Made by a program: the position numbers and the translations under genes. Below, one piece after another: positions 36,896 to 48,889 of a DNA stretch of 64,000 nt. The stretch's first letter is position 1, and the number at the start of each line of letters is the position of its first letter. Below the pieces are notes generated by a model, which saw only the letters and a list, made by a program, of their open reading frames with translations, was not told where the DNA came from and searched no databases. The stretch comes from Mobula hypostoma (taxonomy: Eukaryota), in contig NC_086097.1 of NCBI RefSeq assembly GCF_963921235.1, forward strand, positions 81,222,001 to 81,286,000, written 5' to 3'.

Positions 36896-39184
36896 TAGTC
36901 CGTGAGCCAGGACCCCAAATTTGGGCCATTGGTACCATCTGGGGGGAATAATTCTTATAGTGATTTTTGGGAAGGTGTACACCCCTAGTGCTAGAAAATA
37001 TGTGATAGCATTGCAGCACTGGTAGCTTTCTGTGTATTCAGAACTGATATCACACCCAACAAGATGATTGTACAAGTCACTTCTTTGGTCACGAAACTTG
37101 AATCTTTCATACTATCTGCTGGAGTTACCCTCCTGCAAGATTCTACAAGGAAGCACATTCGTAGGAAACTAGAATCTGAGCTAAGCAATTCAGTAGGTAT
37201 ATTTCCAGATGACAAAGGTTTCTGTTAATGGTTAATGGTTTCTGAAAGTGTATCATTAAGGGATGTTGTCTTGGAAAATCAAATTCTACAGGGGGAATTC
37301 AGAGTTTGGAGGGCCAAAGCAACCAATTTCGACAAGATCATAGATCAGACTTCATCACATATCAGATCAGGAGATGACTGTGACTCCCTGGCCATTCCAT
37401 CCATCTGATGTGAAAGATAGTGCTCATACCTCATACCAGATCAACTACAGCGGCTTCTTGTTGGACTGCTCACTGGAAATCCTGACACCAAGACTCCAAC
37501 ACAGGGAGTCGCTGCTCCGGTTCAGTCATTTAGTCAGGACATAATATATGCTGTGACATGTGGTCAACATAAACCACCAAAGCACCTTCTACTTCTTACT
37601 GCAGTAAAAACACTGACGGGTAACACTGAGCTCATCCAAACACTGAACAGGTTTGGGCATGGAGTGTCTTGCTCCCAACTTGAAGAGAACAACACTGCTC
37701 TGTGTCTCCAAAAGCTAGCAACTGCCTCCAACCAGGGAGTTGTACTTCCAGCCTCCATCAATCCTCATGCCTTCACCAATCTTGCAAGGGACAATATCGA
37801 TAGATTTGAGGAAGCTCTCACTGGAATGGGTACGTCACATGGCATAGTGGTACAGGCCAATGTTTATGGACCACATCTGCCATGAGATAATCTTCCACAC
37901 ATTGAGAAACTGAAGCAGAGATCAGTCACCACTGAGGATCAAGAACTGGAAGTATATGTAACAGGTGCACGTGTGGGCCCACAGCCTCTCCCAACCAGGG
38001 AACACTGTGTCCAAGACTGCTTAACAAAACATGCACAGCGAGCCAACTACTAGACTGGTATATGGAGAAGATGTTCAGCAGCTACCACAAGGACCCGCAA
38101 CTGCCAGGTCCTGTTGGCAGAGGATGGAAGATGGAAAGTGAAGAGGAAGCTGAACAGTTGGTGGTGCACTGGATGGAAGGCCAGCCAGCACCCAGTGCCG
38201 TCCTGGATCTACTGGCCTGTAACTGTCCAAAAAATGTTCACTCCCAAGGTGTATTTGTGTTGCAAATGGCCTCAGGTGTACTGACATGTGTAGACTGTGA
38301 GAACCAGACATCCACCTCAGAGAGTGTGGAAAGTTCAAATGAAGATGTGGAAGACGTGGAAGACTTGGAAAATTATTATGATTATTAATAGGTAATAAAA
38401 GCATGGAAAACAAAGTATGGAAAGCAGTCTGTGATTAAATATATTCATTTTACAACCAAATGGGGCCTAGGTTATGGCTGTGTGGAACCCCACATTTGAA
38501 TTATTGTACTGTAATTCTATTTGCTATGACAAAAGCTTAAGATTGTTTTGATTTAATACAACAATATGGAAAATATCATGACATTGATAAAACTCCAGAG
38601 ATCTCTCCAAATGAGGTTTTTTTACCTTTTGGGGGGCTGGGGTAACATTTTCTGCTGTACTGATGTTAATATGAAATATATACAAAAAGTGATTACTTAT
38701 TTGAATTCCTGAATAAATTCTCTACAAATCCATGTAATTATATGTGTCCTAGGGTTTTTATTGACTTTTCCAAAATAAACAACAGACAAATATTTTTCTG
38801 AAAATGAAATGATTCACTCTACTGAAATTGGGCACTGTACTGCGAGTGCCACCAGTGACATAGTTTTCAATGTAGAATTTTATAACAACATTTGATGAAA
38901 AGTGCTTGAACTCAGCTATCATTGTGACAAATTTCAATGTTGAGGGATCACTGATGACAAAATACCACTAGGTTGAATATATATGTTGTACTTCATATTG
39001 GCCACTTTTCAGAAATGCTTATTTTAGGGTAGTGTTATAAAATGTGTGATGGCACACATAAAGCTACCACTGGTGCAATGTTATCACATATTTTCTAACT
39101 CTAGAGATGTACACCTTGCCAAAAATCACTATAAGCATTATTCCCCTCAGATGGTACCGACCAACCCTACTGGCTCACAGACTA
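36896..39184 (+). mobile_element. Academ-like (AcademX-type) DNA transposon, internally deleted, 2289 bp
   Basis: Imperfect TIRs 36896-37035 / 39054-39184 with termini TAGTC...GACTA; TSD TTG (36893-36895 / 39185-39187); transposase and Cys-rich remnants inside. Confidence 0.8.
37037..38388 (+). pseudogene. Academ-like transposase remnant (first catalytic Asp region plus C-terminal Cys-rich zinc finger)
   Basis: KPPKHLLL..AVKTLTG..ELIQTLNRFGHGVS..QLEE; DNIDRFEEALTG.GTSH; LTKHAQRANY*TGIW; P.P.GRGW...W...PAPSAVLDLLACNCPK / KCSLPRCICVANGLRCTDMC. Confidence 0.75.
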
Positions 39185-39741
39185 TTGCTATTTATTTATA
39201 TTTTCATTTGCACAGTTTGTTGTCTTTTGCACTGGTTTAAAGACCACAATGAGGCGTCTTTCACTGATTCTGTTAAGAATACTATTCGATACATTTGCTG
39301 AGTGTGCCCACAGAAAATGAATCTCAGGGTTGTATACAGTGACATACTATATATGTAGTTTGATAATAAAATTTACTTTGAAATTTGAACACAATAAATA
39401 TAAATACATAAAACAGCTTATATACATAGATTGATTGTATGTCTATGTATATAATGTCTGTACATAAGGTGACTGACAGGAACGGACTCCAGTAACAATA
39501 GGCTCATTTTATAGTGTTGAATGCAGATACAGTGAAGGACAGGCTGAACTACTGTGTCACTTCTGCCCTTCCTTGATCAGTCACCACCTTCCTCTCGGGT
39601 TGTTGCATTCTATCAACAGTTAAGGACAGAACAATTCTTCACTGAGAATGAGGCATAGAAATAAAAGTTGTAACTCCAGCAAAATGCATCTTCTTGTTAA
39701 CTTGGTTTTGCTTTTTCCTTCTGTGAAGTTGGCTGCCCTCA

Positions 39742-40682
39742 TAGTCATAGTCATAGTCTTACTTTATTGATCCTGAGGGAAATTGGTTTTCGTTACAGTT
39801 GCACCAACCAAGAATAGAGTACAAATATAGCGATATAAAACCATAAATAATTAAATAGTAATATGTAAATTATGCCAGGAAATAAGTCCAGGACCAGCCT
39901 ATTGGCTCAGGATGTCTGACCCTCCAAGGGAGGAATTGTAAAGTTTGATCCACAGGCAGGAATGACTTCCTATGACGCTCTGTGTTGCATCTCGGTGGAA
40001 TGAGTCTCTGGCTGAATGTACTCCTGTGCCTACCCAGCACATTATGTAGTGGATGGGAGACATTGTCCAAGATGGCATGCAACTTGGATAGCATCCTCTT
40101 TTCAGACACCACCGTCAGAGAGTCCAGTTCCATCCCCACAACATCACTGGCCTTACGAATGAGTTTGTTGATTCTGTTGGTGTCTGCCACCCTCAGCCTG
40201 CTGCCCCAGCACACAACAGCAAACATGATAGCACTGGCCACCACAGACTCGTAAAACATCCTCAGCATTGTCCGACAGATGTTAAAGGACCTCAGTCTCC
40301 TCAGGAAATAGCGATGGCTCTGACTCTTCTTGTAGACAGCCTCAGTGTTCTTTGACCAGTCCAGTTGATTGTCAATTCATATCCCCAGGTATTTGTAATC
40401 CTCCACCATGTCCACACTGACCCCCCGGATGGAAACAGGGGTCACCGATGCCTTAGCCCTCCCTCAGGTCCACCACCAGCTCCTTAGTCTTTTTCACATT
40501 AAGCTGCAGATAATTCTGCTCACACCATGTGACAAAGTTTCCTACCGTAGCCCTGTACTCAGCTTCAACTCCCTTGATGATGCATCCAACTATGGCAGAG
40601 TCATCAGAAAACTTCTGAAGATGGCAAGACTCTGTGCAGTAGTTGAAGTCCGAGGTGTAAATGGTAAAGAGAAAGGGAGACA
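39742..40682 (-). mobile_element. Rex1/Babar LINE 3' part (young subfamily, (ATGACT)n tail)
   Basis: SPFLFTIYTSDF...LQKFSDDSAIVG, LQLNVKKTKELVVD, FYESVVASAIMFAVVCWG, RCNTERHRKSFLP. Confidence 0.9.
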
Positions 40683-41184
40683 AGACCCTGAGGACAGAGT
40701 CTCTGTCACAGTCACATTATGAGCACTCTCCGGATACAAGCAGTGGTGAGCAGAAAAAGGCTCATTTTAAGATTAACACATGGACAATGACAGTGGCATG
40801 AGGAGAAATTAGACCAAAGCAGCTGAGCAATAAACTCGTTCATATCCAACTTACTGCAATAAGTAGTGCCACCATTCCAAGACAATTTAAAATCACAGCT
40901 ATCTTACTTTTATACCAATGAAATACACAAGTATTTTGTAACTTTAAAAATAAGACCGTAAGGCACAGGAGCAGAATTAGGCACATCAGCCCATCAAGCC
41001 TGCTCCACAATTCCCAGCAGTTGTTTCCACTCAGCTGATTTTTTCCAATAAAGCATTCTCCCAAATTTGTCTAGTGAAGACAATGCAAAAAGAAGGGCTC
41101 TGGCATAATAAAATAAACACTGAATGAAATGTTAACATTGCCTGAGATAACTGCAAAAAGATATGAAAGGAAATTGAGATACAG

Positions 41185-42812
41185 CCGAAGTCCTTTATAC
41201 TACCAGCACTACTTTTATCCCACCAGGGGCCCAAACAACTGTCACCATTGCTATACAACCATCAAAGGTGCTTACAAAATCCACTCCCCCGCAACTCCCA
41301 TCCACAGTTTGGGAAATCAGACCACAAGCTGTGCTCCTTCTCCCTGAAGACAAACAGAAGCCAAAATGGCAGAATCAGAGACAGAAAGTTATATAAGGTT
41401 GGCTTGAGGAAACAGATGAGGTTCTGTGCAATTGTTTTAAGCTAGTAAACTGGCCCACGTTCAAAGACTCAGCAGACAGCCTAGATGAGTATGTCACTAG
41501 CATAAAAGAGCTGAATCAGCAAGTGTGTTGAGAGGACTAAAGAGGACAGTCTGGATGTTCCCAAATTGAAAACCATGGATGAACTAGGGAATCCACTCCA
41601 TTCTAACATCAAGGACTTCAGCATTCAAATGAGATGACGTTGAGCTTTACAAGAAATTGAATTACGTAGTACCTCCATAAAGCTATCATGGATATCAACA
41701 GACAATATTAGTCCAATATCAAGTCCCAGACTGGCTGTCAGTTGTAACAGCGTTGTGGAAGCTGATGGGGGTATCTGCAGATATTTTAACCTCTCCTTGC
41801 TCCAGTCTGAGGTTCCCTCCTGCTTTAATTCAGGTTCCTAAGAAAAACAAGGGGACATGTTTAATGACTACCTACCGGTGGATGATATTAAAGCAGCTAG
41901 ATATGGCAGGCATTAACTCTAACCTCCCACTGCAATTTGCCTTCTGTTGAAGGTCTACGTCAGGTGTCATCTCCCAAGTCTTACACTCATCTGTGGAGCA
42001 TTTGGACGGGGTGACATGGTACCATAGCAGTTAACACGATGCTATTACAGCTTCAGGAATTGGACTTCAATTCTGTAATGTCCTCCCTGTGGAATGCATG
42101 GGTTTTCTCCGGGTGTTTCCATTTTCTCCAAGTCCAAAGATGTACCGGTTAGTAAGTTAATTGGTCATTGTAGAATCGTCCTGAGATTAAGCTAAGGTTA
42201 AATCAGAGGTTGCTGGGTGGCAGGGCTCGAAAGGCATAAAGGGTCTATTCCACACTGTATTGCCATAACAATAAAGGCACCAACATCAGACTATCATTTA
42301 TTGGCTACAGCTTTGCCTTGAATACTATAATTCCAAAAAACTCATCAGCGAATACCAGGATCTGGAAGTCAATACCTCTCTCTGCAACTGGATCCTCGAC
42401 TTCCTGACCAACAGCCTGCAATCATCAAGAATAAGAAGCAACAACTCCACCATGATTATCCTGAAAGACCCCCTTGCCCCTCTCCCATTGGGCAGAGGAT
42501 ACAAAATTCCAAAATCAGGTATGAGCAGGTTCAAAGACAGCTTCTACCTCTCTATTATAAGATTACTCAATGGTTCTCTTGTATAAACTGGATTCTTGAC
42601 CTCAAATTCTATCTTGTTATGATCTTGCTTATTGTCCTTATTGACAACCTGCACTGCACTTTCTCTGTAGTTTTTACCCTTTATTCTGCACTCTTGTTAT
42701 CTTTTTACCCTGTATTATACTACCTCAATATAATGAATTGAATTGCATGACCTGCAAGGCAAGCTTTTCACTGTATCTCAGTAGATATGACTAGAATAAA
42801 CTAATTCCAATT
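41185..42812 (+). mobile_element. Degenerate Rex1/Babar LINE with inserted SINE
   Basis: HCYTTIKGAY, FGKSDH, KPWM, YSFALNTIIP, LCNWILDFL; tail AATAAACTAATTCCAATTC. Confidence 0.7.
42007..42275 (+). mobile_element. tRNA-derived SINE
   Basis: GGTACCATAGCAGTTAAC...GACTTCAATTC; core CATGGGTTTTCTCCGGGTGTTTCC; same family as 10600-10899. Confidence 0.7.
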
Positions 42813-43336
42813 CTGGGCTCTAAAAGTGCAGTCACTACTTACTACCTAGTCAAAAAGAAGGCAAATTTAGTATGGCATATTTTCAGAACTATATAGCCAA
42901 ACAGATGGTTTTTCAGCTTAGACCTATCATACATCATTAGTGAATGCCACAGAATACATCAACGGCCAGTGACTGTGATTTTACTGACGGATAATTTGAA
43001 AGGAAGACATCTGGCACAATCACAACATGTTATTTCAAGGTCATTCCCTTTGTCAAGCAGTATAATCTCAGCAGGGTAAATATAAAATGGCTTCATTGGT
43101 GATGTGGTGCAACAACGTCCAGTGACCAACCAATTTCCTTTCTCACAATAATTTTTGTTTTCAAGTAAGATAGAAAGTAATTTTTAATGCTGCGAAACTT
43201 TGTACAAGCAGGATGTTAGTTAAAGGTTATCTACAAACTCTTGGCGAAAGCTGGCATGAACAGAATAAAAGGACATTGACTTGAATTATCATCATGGTGT
43301 CCCGAAACAGGGATATATAATATCTGTAAGTTAGAT

Positions 43337-43570
43337 ATACCCACATGGGGCTCCTCTAGGTTTCCTCTCACATTCTAAAGATGTATGGTTAGGGTTAGGG
43401 TCAGGGTTAGTAAGCAGTGAATATCCCACATTGGTACCAGAAGCATGGCAACACTTGTGGGCTTTCCCCAGCACAATCCTTGGACTCTGTTGGCCGTTGA
43501 CACAAATGCTGTATTTCACTTTATGTTTTACTGCTTTGATGTACATGTGACAGGTAAAGTGAAACTTTTA
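43337..43570 (+). mobile_element. SINE 3' portion
   Basis: CATGGGGCTCCTCTAGGTTTCCTCTCACATTCTAAAGATGTATGGTTAGG core. Confidence 0.55.
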
Positions 43571-44558
43571 AAGATTTATCTTTAAAGATTATAAAAAGTC
43601 AGACATAATCAGTAAGCATTTAAATTTCTCAATATTTACTATTAAAGATTAAAAAAACAATTTTTGCATCGTTGTATGTCCCAGACTCTGCCTGCTTTTA
43701 ACATGATGCTTTCTGATTGCACAAACGCTTTCTCCCAGCAACTTTCAATAACTTTAAATTGGTGTGCAGAACCAGTTTCTGTAACCCTTGGGCAGCAATG
43801 CAACCAAAACTCCTGAGCCACCAGCACTACCCCAATATCCCAAGGTCAGTTAGATCCCAAGAAGCTATCACTTCATTTATTGAGCAAATATTGTGAAACA
43901 TTGCTAACAAATTAGGGATTAACATAAGAAAATTGAGTTCAGAAACAAAATCAGCATTGTACATCTTTTAAATATGCAGTGTTGAACAGAAACTTATTTC
44001 ATCTTTGTTCTCATTTTTAATTTGAAATTAAATAAATTTGATTGTATCTTTTGTACAATTCTGATTGAAGACTGGTACTTGATTGGCACAGAAGTCATAT
44101 TTTCATGCTGTTCGCAGCAAAGTTCACACCTTTCTTTCCATTCTTTCTGCCCCCTCCCCACCCACCATCTTCCTAACACTTCAGTAAACTGTTTATGAGA
44201 ACCCTGAAAAGTATGCCAGAAATAGCTAGGGCTATAAATATTTTTCTTCTTTGGAAATCCCTCAATACCAAGGATGACTTGATTCTTTTCTAGTTCTGTG
44301 GGCTACAAGGTCAGACGAAGGTGGTGCCAGGTGACATGGGTAGGTAAGTAGTCTGTGAGGTGTGCCCTCCGGCAATAACTTACATAGGGTTTCTGATGCA
44401 TTGCCTCCCAATGAATTGACTCATTCTGAATGCCCCTTTTCACCCTGAAGTATCTATGAGCCAGGGATTCCCAGGGATCGAAAGGGATGTTGCATTTTGC
44501 TTGCAAGGAAGCTTTAACATAGAACATAGAATAGTACAGCTCAGTACTATTGTGCCCT

Positions 44559-47520
44559 TCAGCCCACAATGTTGTGCTGACCCTCAAACCTGCCTCCCAT
44601 ATAAGCCCCCACCTTAAATTCCTCCATATACCTGTGTAGTAGTCTCTTAAACTTCACTAATGTATCTGCCTCCACCACTGACTCAGGCAGTGCATTCCAC
44701 TCACCAACCACTCTCTGAGTAAAAAACCTTCCTCTAATATCCCCCTTGAACTTCCCACCCCTTACCTTAAAGCCATGTCCTCTTGTATTGAGCAGTGGTG
44801 CCCTGGGGAAGAGGCGCTGGCTATCCACTCTATCTATTCCTCTTAATATCTTGTACACGTCTATCATGTCTCCTCTCGTCCTCCTTCTCTCCAAAGAGTA
44901 AAGCCCTAGCTCCCTTAATCTCTGATCATAATGCATACTCTCTAAACCAGGAAGCATCCTGGTAAATCTCCTCTGTACCCTTTCCAATGCTTCCACATCC
45001 TTCCTATAGTGAGGTGACCAGATCTGGACACAGTACTCCAAGTGTGGCCTAACCAGAGTTTTATAGAGCTGCATCATTACATCGTGACTCTTAAACTCTA
45101 TCCCTCGACTTATGAAAGCTAACACCCCATAAGCTTTCTTAACTACCCTATCCACTTGTGAGGCAACTTTCAGGGATCTGTGGATATGTACCCCGAGGTC
45201 CCTCTGCTCCTCCACTCTACCAAGTATCCTGCCATTTACTTTGTACTCTGCCTTGGAGTTTGTCCTTCCAAAGTGTACCACCTCACACTTCTCCAGGTTG
45301 AACTCCATCTGCCACTTCTCAGCCCACTCCTGCATCCTATAAATGTCTCTCTGCAATCTTTGACAATCCTCTACACTATCTACTACACCACCAACCTTTG
45401 TGTCATCTGCAAACTTGCCAACCCACCCTTCTACCCCCACATCCAGGTCGTTAATAAAAATCATGAAAAGTAGAGGTCCCAGAACAGATCCTTGTGGGAC
45501 ACCACTAGTCACAAATCTCCAATCTGAATGTACTCCCTCCACCATCACCCTCTGCCTTCTGCAGGCAAGCCAATTCTGAATCCACCTGGCCAAACTTCCC
45601 TGGATCCCATGCCTTCTAACTTTCTGAATAAGCCTACCGTGTGGAACCTTGTCAAATGCCTTACTAAAATAAAATATAGATCACATCCACTGCACTAACC
45701 TCATCTATACGCCTGGTCACCTCCTCAAAGAACTCTATCAGGCTTGTTAGACATGATCTGCCCTTCACAAAGCCATGCTGACTGTCCCTGATCAGACCAT
45801 GATTCTCTAAATGCCTATAGATCCTATCTCTAAGAATCTTTTCCAACAGCTTTCCCACCACAGACGTAAGGCTCACTGGTCTATAGTTACCCGGACTATC
45901 CCTACCAACTTCTTTGAACAAGGGTACAACATTTCCCTCCCTCCAATCCTCCGGTACCATTCCTGTGGACAACGAGGACATAAAGATCCTAGCCAGAGGC
46001 TCAGCAATCTCTTCTCTCGCCTCGTGGAGCAGCCTGGGGAATATTCCGTCAGGCCCCGGGGACTTATCTATCCTAATGTATTTTAACAACGCCAACGCCT
46101 CCTCTCCCTTAATATCAACATGCTCCAGAACATCAACCTCACTCATATCGTCCTCACCATCATCAAGTTCCCTCTCATTGGTGAATACCAAAGAGAAGTA
46201 TTCTTTGAGGACCTCGGTCACTTCCACAGCCTCCAGGCACATCTTCCCACCTTTATCTCTAATCGGTCCTACCTTCACTCCTGTCATCCTTTTTTTCTTC
46301 ACATAATTGAAGAATGCCTTGGGGTTTTCCTTTACCCTACTCGTCAAGGCCTTCTCATGCCCCCTTCTTGCTCTTCTCAGCACCTTCTTAAACTCCTTTC
46401 TTGCTTCCCTATATTACTCAAGAGACCCATCTGATCCTTGCTTCCTAAACCTCATGTACGCTGCCTTCTTCCACCTGACTAGATTTTCCACCTCACTTGT
46501 CACCCATGGTTCCTTCACCCTACCATTCTTTATCTTCCTCACCGGGACAAATTTATCCCTAACATCCCGCAAGAGATCTCTAAACATCTACCACATGTCC
46601 ATAGTACATTTCCCTGCAAAAACATCATCCCAATTCACACCCGCAAGTTCTAGCCTGATAGCCTCATAATTTGCCTTACCCCAATTAAAAATTTTCCTGT
46701 CCTCTCTGATTCAATCCTTTTCCATGATAATGCTAAAGGCCAGGGAGCGGTGGTCGCTGTCCCCCAGATGCTCACCCACTGAGAGATCTGTGACCTGACC
46801 TGGTTCATTACCTAGTATTAGATCTAGTATGGCATTCCCCCTAGTCGGCCTGTCCACATACCGTGACAGGAATCCGTCCAGGACACATTTAACAAACTCT
46901 GCCCCATCTAAACCCTTGAAATTAATCAGGTGCCAATCAATATTAGGGAAGTTAAAGTCACCCATGAAAACAACCCTGTTATTTTTGCACCTTTCCAAAA
47001 TCTGCCTCCCAATCTGCTCCTCTGTATCTCTGCTGCTACCAGGGGGCCTATAGAATACCCCCAATAGAGTAACTGCTCCCTTCCTGTGCCTGACTTCCAC
47101 CCATATTGACTCAAAGGAGGATCCTGCTACATTACCCACCCTTTCTGTAGCTATAATAGTATCCCTGACCAGTAATGCCACCCCTCCTCCCCTTTTTCTG
47201 CCCTCTCTATCCCTTTTAAAGCACTGAAATCCAGGAATATTGAGAATCCATTCCTGCTCTGGTGCCAGCCAAGTCTCTGTAATGGCCACTACATCATAAT
47301 TCCATGTATGTATCCAAGCTCTAAGTTCATCACCTTTGTTCCTGATGCTTCCTGCATTGAGGTACACACATTTCAGCCCTTCTACCTTACTGTCTTTACA
47401 CTGTTTATTCTGCTTCTCTTTCCTCAAAGCCTCTCTGTATGTTAGATCTGGCTTTACTCCATGCACTTCTTTCACTGCTCTATCGCTCTGGGTCCCATCC
47501 CCCTCGCAAATTAGTTTAAA
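44559..47520 (-). pseudogene. CR1 ORF2 (APE endonuclease plus reverse transcriptase), 2 in-frame stops and 1 frameshift
   Basis: YLNAGSI, ITETW, YRPP, GDFNFP, SDH; KSPGPDG, YRPVSL, GVPQGSVLGP, FADDTK; stops at 46711-46713 and 46414-46416, frameshift at ~45670. Confidence 0.95.
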
Positions 47521-47523
47521 CCC
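47511..47523 (-). promoter_or_regulatory. Candidate -1 ribosomal frameshift slippery site G_GGU_UUA_AAC_UAA at the CR1 ORF1/ORF2 junction
   Basis: ORF1 ends GAG GGT TTA AAC TAA; the -1 frame GGG TTT AAA CTA ATT TGC... runs open into ORF2, which has no ATG before mid-APE. Confidence 0.65.
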
Positions 47524-48452
47524 TCCTGAACCATGCCAGCAAACCTACCTGCAAGGATATTGCTCCCCCTTGAGTTCAGGTGCAACCCATCCAATCTGTA
47601 CAGGTCCCACCTTCCCCAGAAAAGATCCCAATGATTTAAAAATCTAAAACCCTGCTCCCTGCACCAACTCCTCAGCCACGCATTCAACTGCCATCTCCTC
47701 CAATTCTTACCATCACTGTCACGTAGCACTGGCAGCAATCCTGAGAACGTCACCCTTGCGGTCCTGTTCTTCAGCCTTTTGCCTAATTCCCGAAACTCAC
47801 ACTTCAGGACCTCATCCCTCTTCTTGCCTATGTCATTGGTCCCAACATGTATCACGACTTCTGGTTGCTTTCCCTCTCGTACCAGGATGTCGTGCACCCA
47901 GTCAGAGATATCCCGGACCCTGGCACCTGGCAGGCAACAAACCATGCGGGTGTCCTTCTCACGTCCACAAAATCTCCTGTCTGCTCCCCTGACTATAGAG
48001 TCTCCAATGACGACGGCTCTCCTCTTCGCCGTCCCACCCTTCTGCACCACAGGGTCAGAATCAGTGCCGGAGGCCCTGCCACAGTGGCTCACACCTGGTA
48101 GGTCGTCCCTGCCAACAGTATCCAGGACGGTAAACTTATTATTCAGGGTAATGGCTACAGGGGTGCTCTGCACTACCTGTCTGCTCACCTTCGCTTCCCC
48201 CCCTCTGACTGTCACCCAACAACCTGCTTCCGACAGCCTAGGTGTGACTACCTCCCTGTAGCTCTCATCTATGAGTGCCTCATTCTCCCTTATGAGTCGA
48301 AGGTCATCCAGCTGCTGCTCCAGATTCCTTACACGGTCTTCCAGGTCACCCAGCCGTATGCACTTCTGGCGGATGTTACTCTGCGGGAGAGAGGAGTTCC
48401 CCCAAGACTGCCACATCTCACATGAGAAGCACATCACCATCTCAGGAGACAT
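47511..48452 (-). CDS. CR1 ORF1 protein (313 aa from likely ATG): zinc-finger-like, coiled coil, SGNH/GDSL esterase
   Basis: Open frame; CFSC..., LEDRVRNLEQQLDDLRLIRE, IGDSIVR, CLPGA, HVGTND, DGLHLN. Confidence 0.9.
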   Translation of the reverse strand: MSPEMVMCFSCEMWQSWGNSSLPQSNIRQKCIRLGDLEDRVRNLEQQLDDLRLIRENEALIDESYREVVTPRLSEAGCWVTVRGGEAKVSRQVVQSTPVAITLNNKFTVLDTVGRDDLPGVSHCGRASGTDSDPVVQKGGTAKRRAVVIGDSIVRGADRRFCGREKDTRMVCCLPGARVRDISDWVHDILVREGKQPEVVIHVGTNDIGKKRDEVLKCEFRELGKRLKNRTARVTFSGLLPVLRDSDGKNWRRWQLNAWLRSWCREQGFRFLNHWDLFWGRWDLYRLDGLHLNSRGSNILAGRFAGMVQEGLN

Positions 48453-48696
48453 TGTAAAAACTAACTGCGAGCTGGCTTGTCCTCCGCCTCTTCTCTTCGA
48501 AGCCTCTCGAGTCAAAGCCTCAAAGCTCCACTCCTTCACTGGCCCCCTCACGCACTGGCCGCTTTCCACTGAATATCTTGAATTATTTTCTGTGCCTGCT
48601 TGATAATCCACTTATGTGACTGAGTTCTGAACAGAGCATCTGTTTCCGGTGTCGGTTTTCAGGCATGTGGCTGCCCAGTACAGCAATATAAGTGAC

Positions 48697-48826
48697 AGAA
48701 AACACAAGAGACTGCAGACGCTGGAATATGGAGCAAAAAAAAAACAAAACACTGGAAGACTCTGCAGGTCAGACAGGGAGGAAAACGTCAGTCAATGTTT
48801 TGGGTCGAGGCTCTTCATCAGGACTC
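48697..48826 (-). mobile_element. PLE pLTR fragment with decayed hammerhead
   Basis: Minus AGTCCTGATGAAGAGCCTCGACCCAAAACATTGACTG; CTGCAGACGCTGGAAT. Confidence 0.65.
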
Positions 48827-48889
48827 ATTTTACCTCCAGTGGGTGTAACTAGTGTTTCAATACTGAGGTCGTTTGCTTGAGAAAAGACA

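Larger units (their letters stand above)
34345..39390 (+). mobile_element. Rex1/Babar LINE (copy A) carrying nested insertions
   Basis: RMLFVDYSS at 34358; continues 35255-35752 (KFADGTT, LYFLRSL), 36525-36895 and tail 39185-39390. Confidence 0.8.
44516..48570 (-). mobile_element. Near-full-length young CR1 LINE
   Basis: ORF1 (zinc finger, coiled coil, esterase) plus ORF2 (APE-RT); 3' tail (TTCTATG)n; flanked on both sides by an older decayed repeat. Confidence 0.96.

Noticed and set aside
43387..43411. Interstitial telomeric repeat (GGTTAG)n
   Set aside because: Only about four imperfect units inside a SINE body; best explained as local slippage.
45180..48603. Several plus-strand ORFs of 70-160 aa
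   Set aside because: They are antisense shadows of CR1 ORF1/ORF2 with no independent evidence.
48453..48611. N-terminal 53-aa extension of CR1 ORF1 in the ORF track
   Set aside because: It starts at a GTG beyond the apparent element boundary; ATG at 48452 is the more plausible start.
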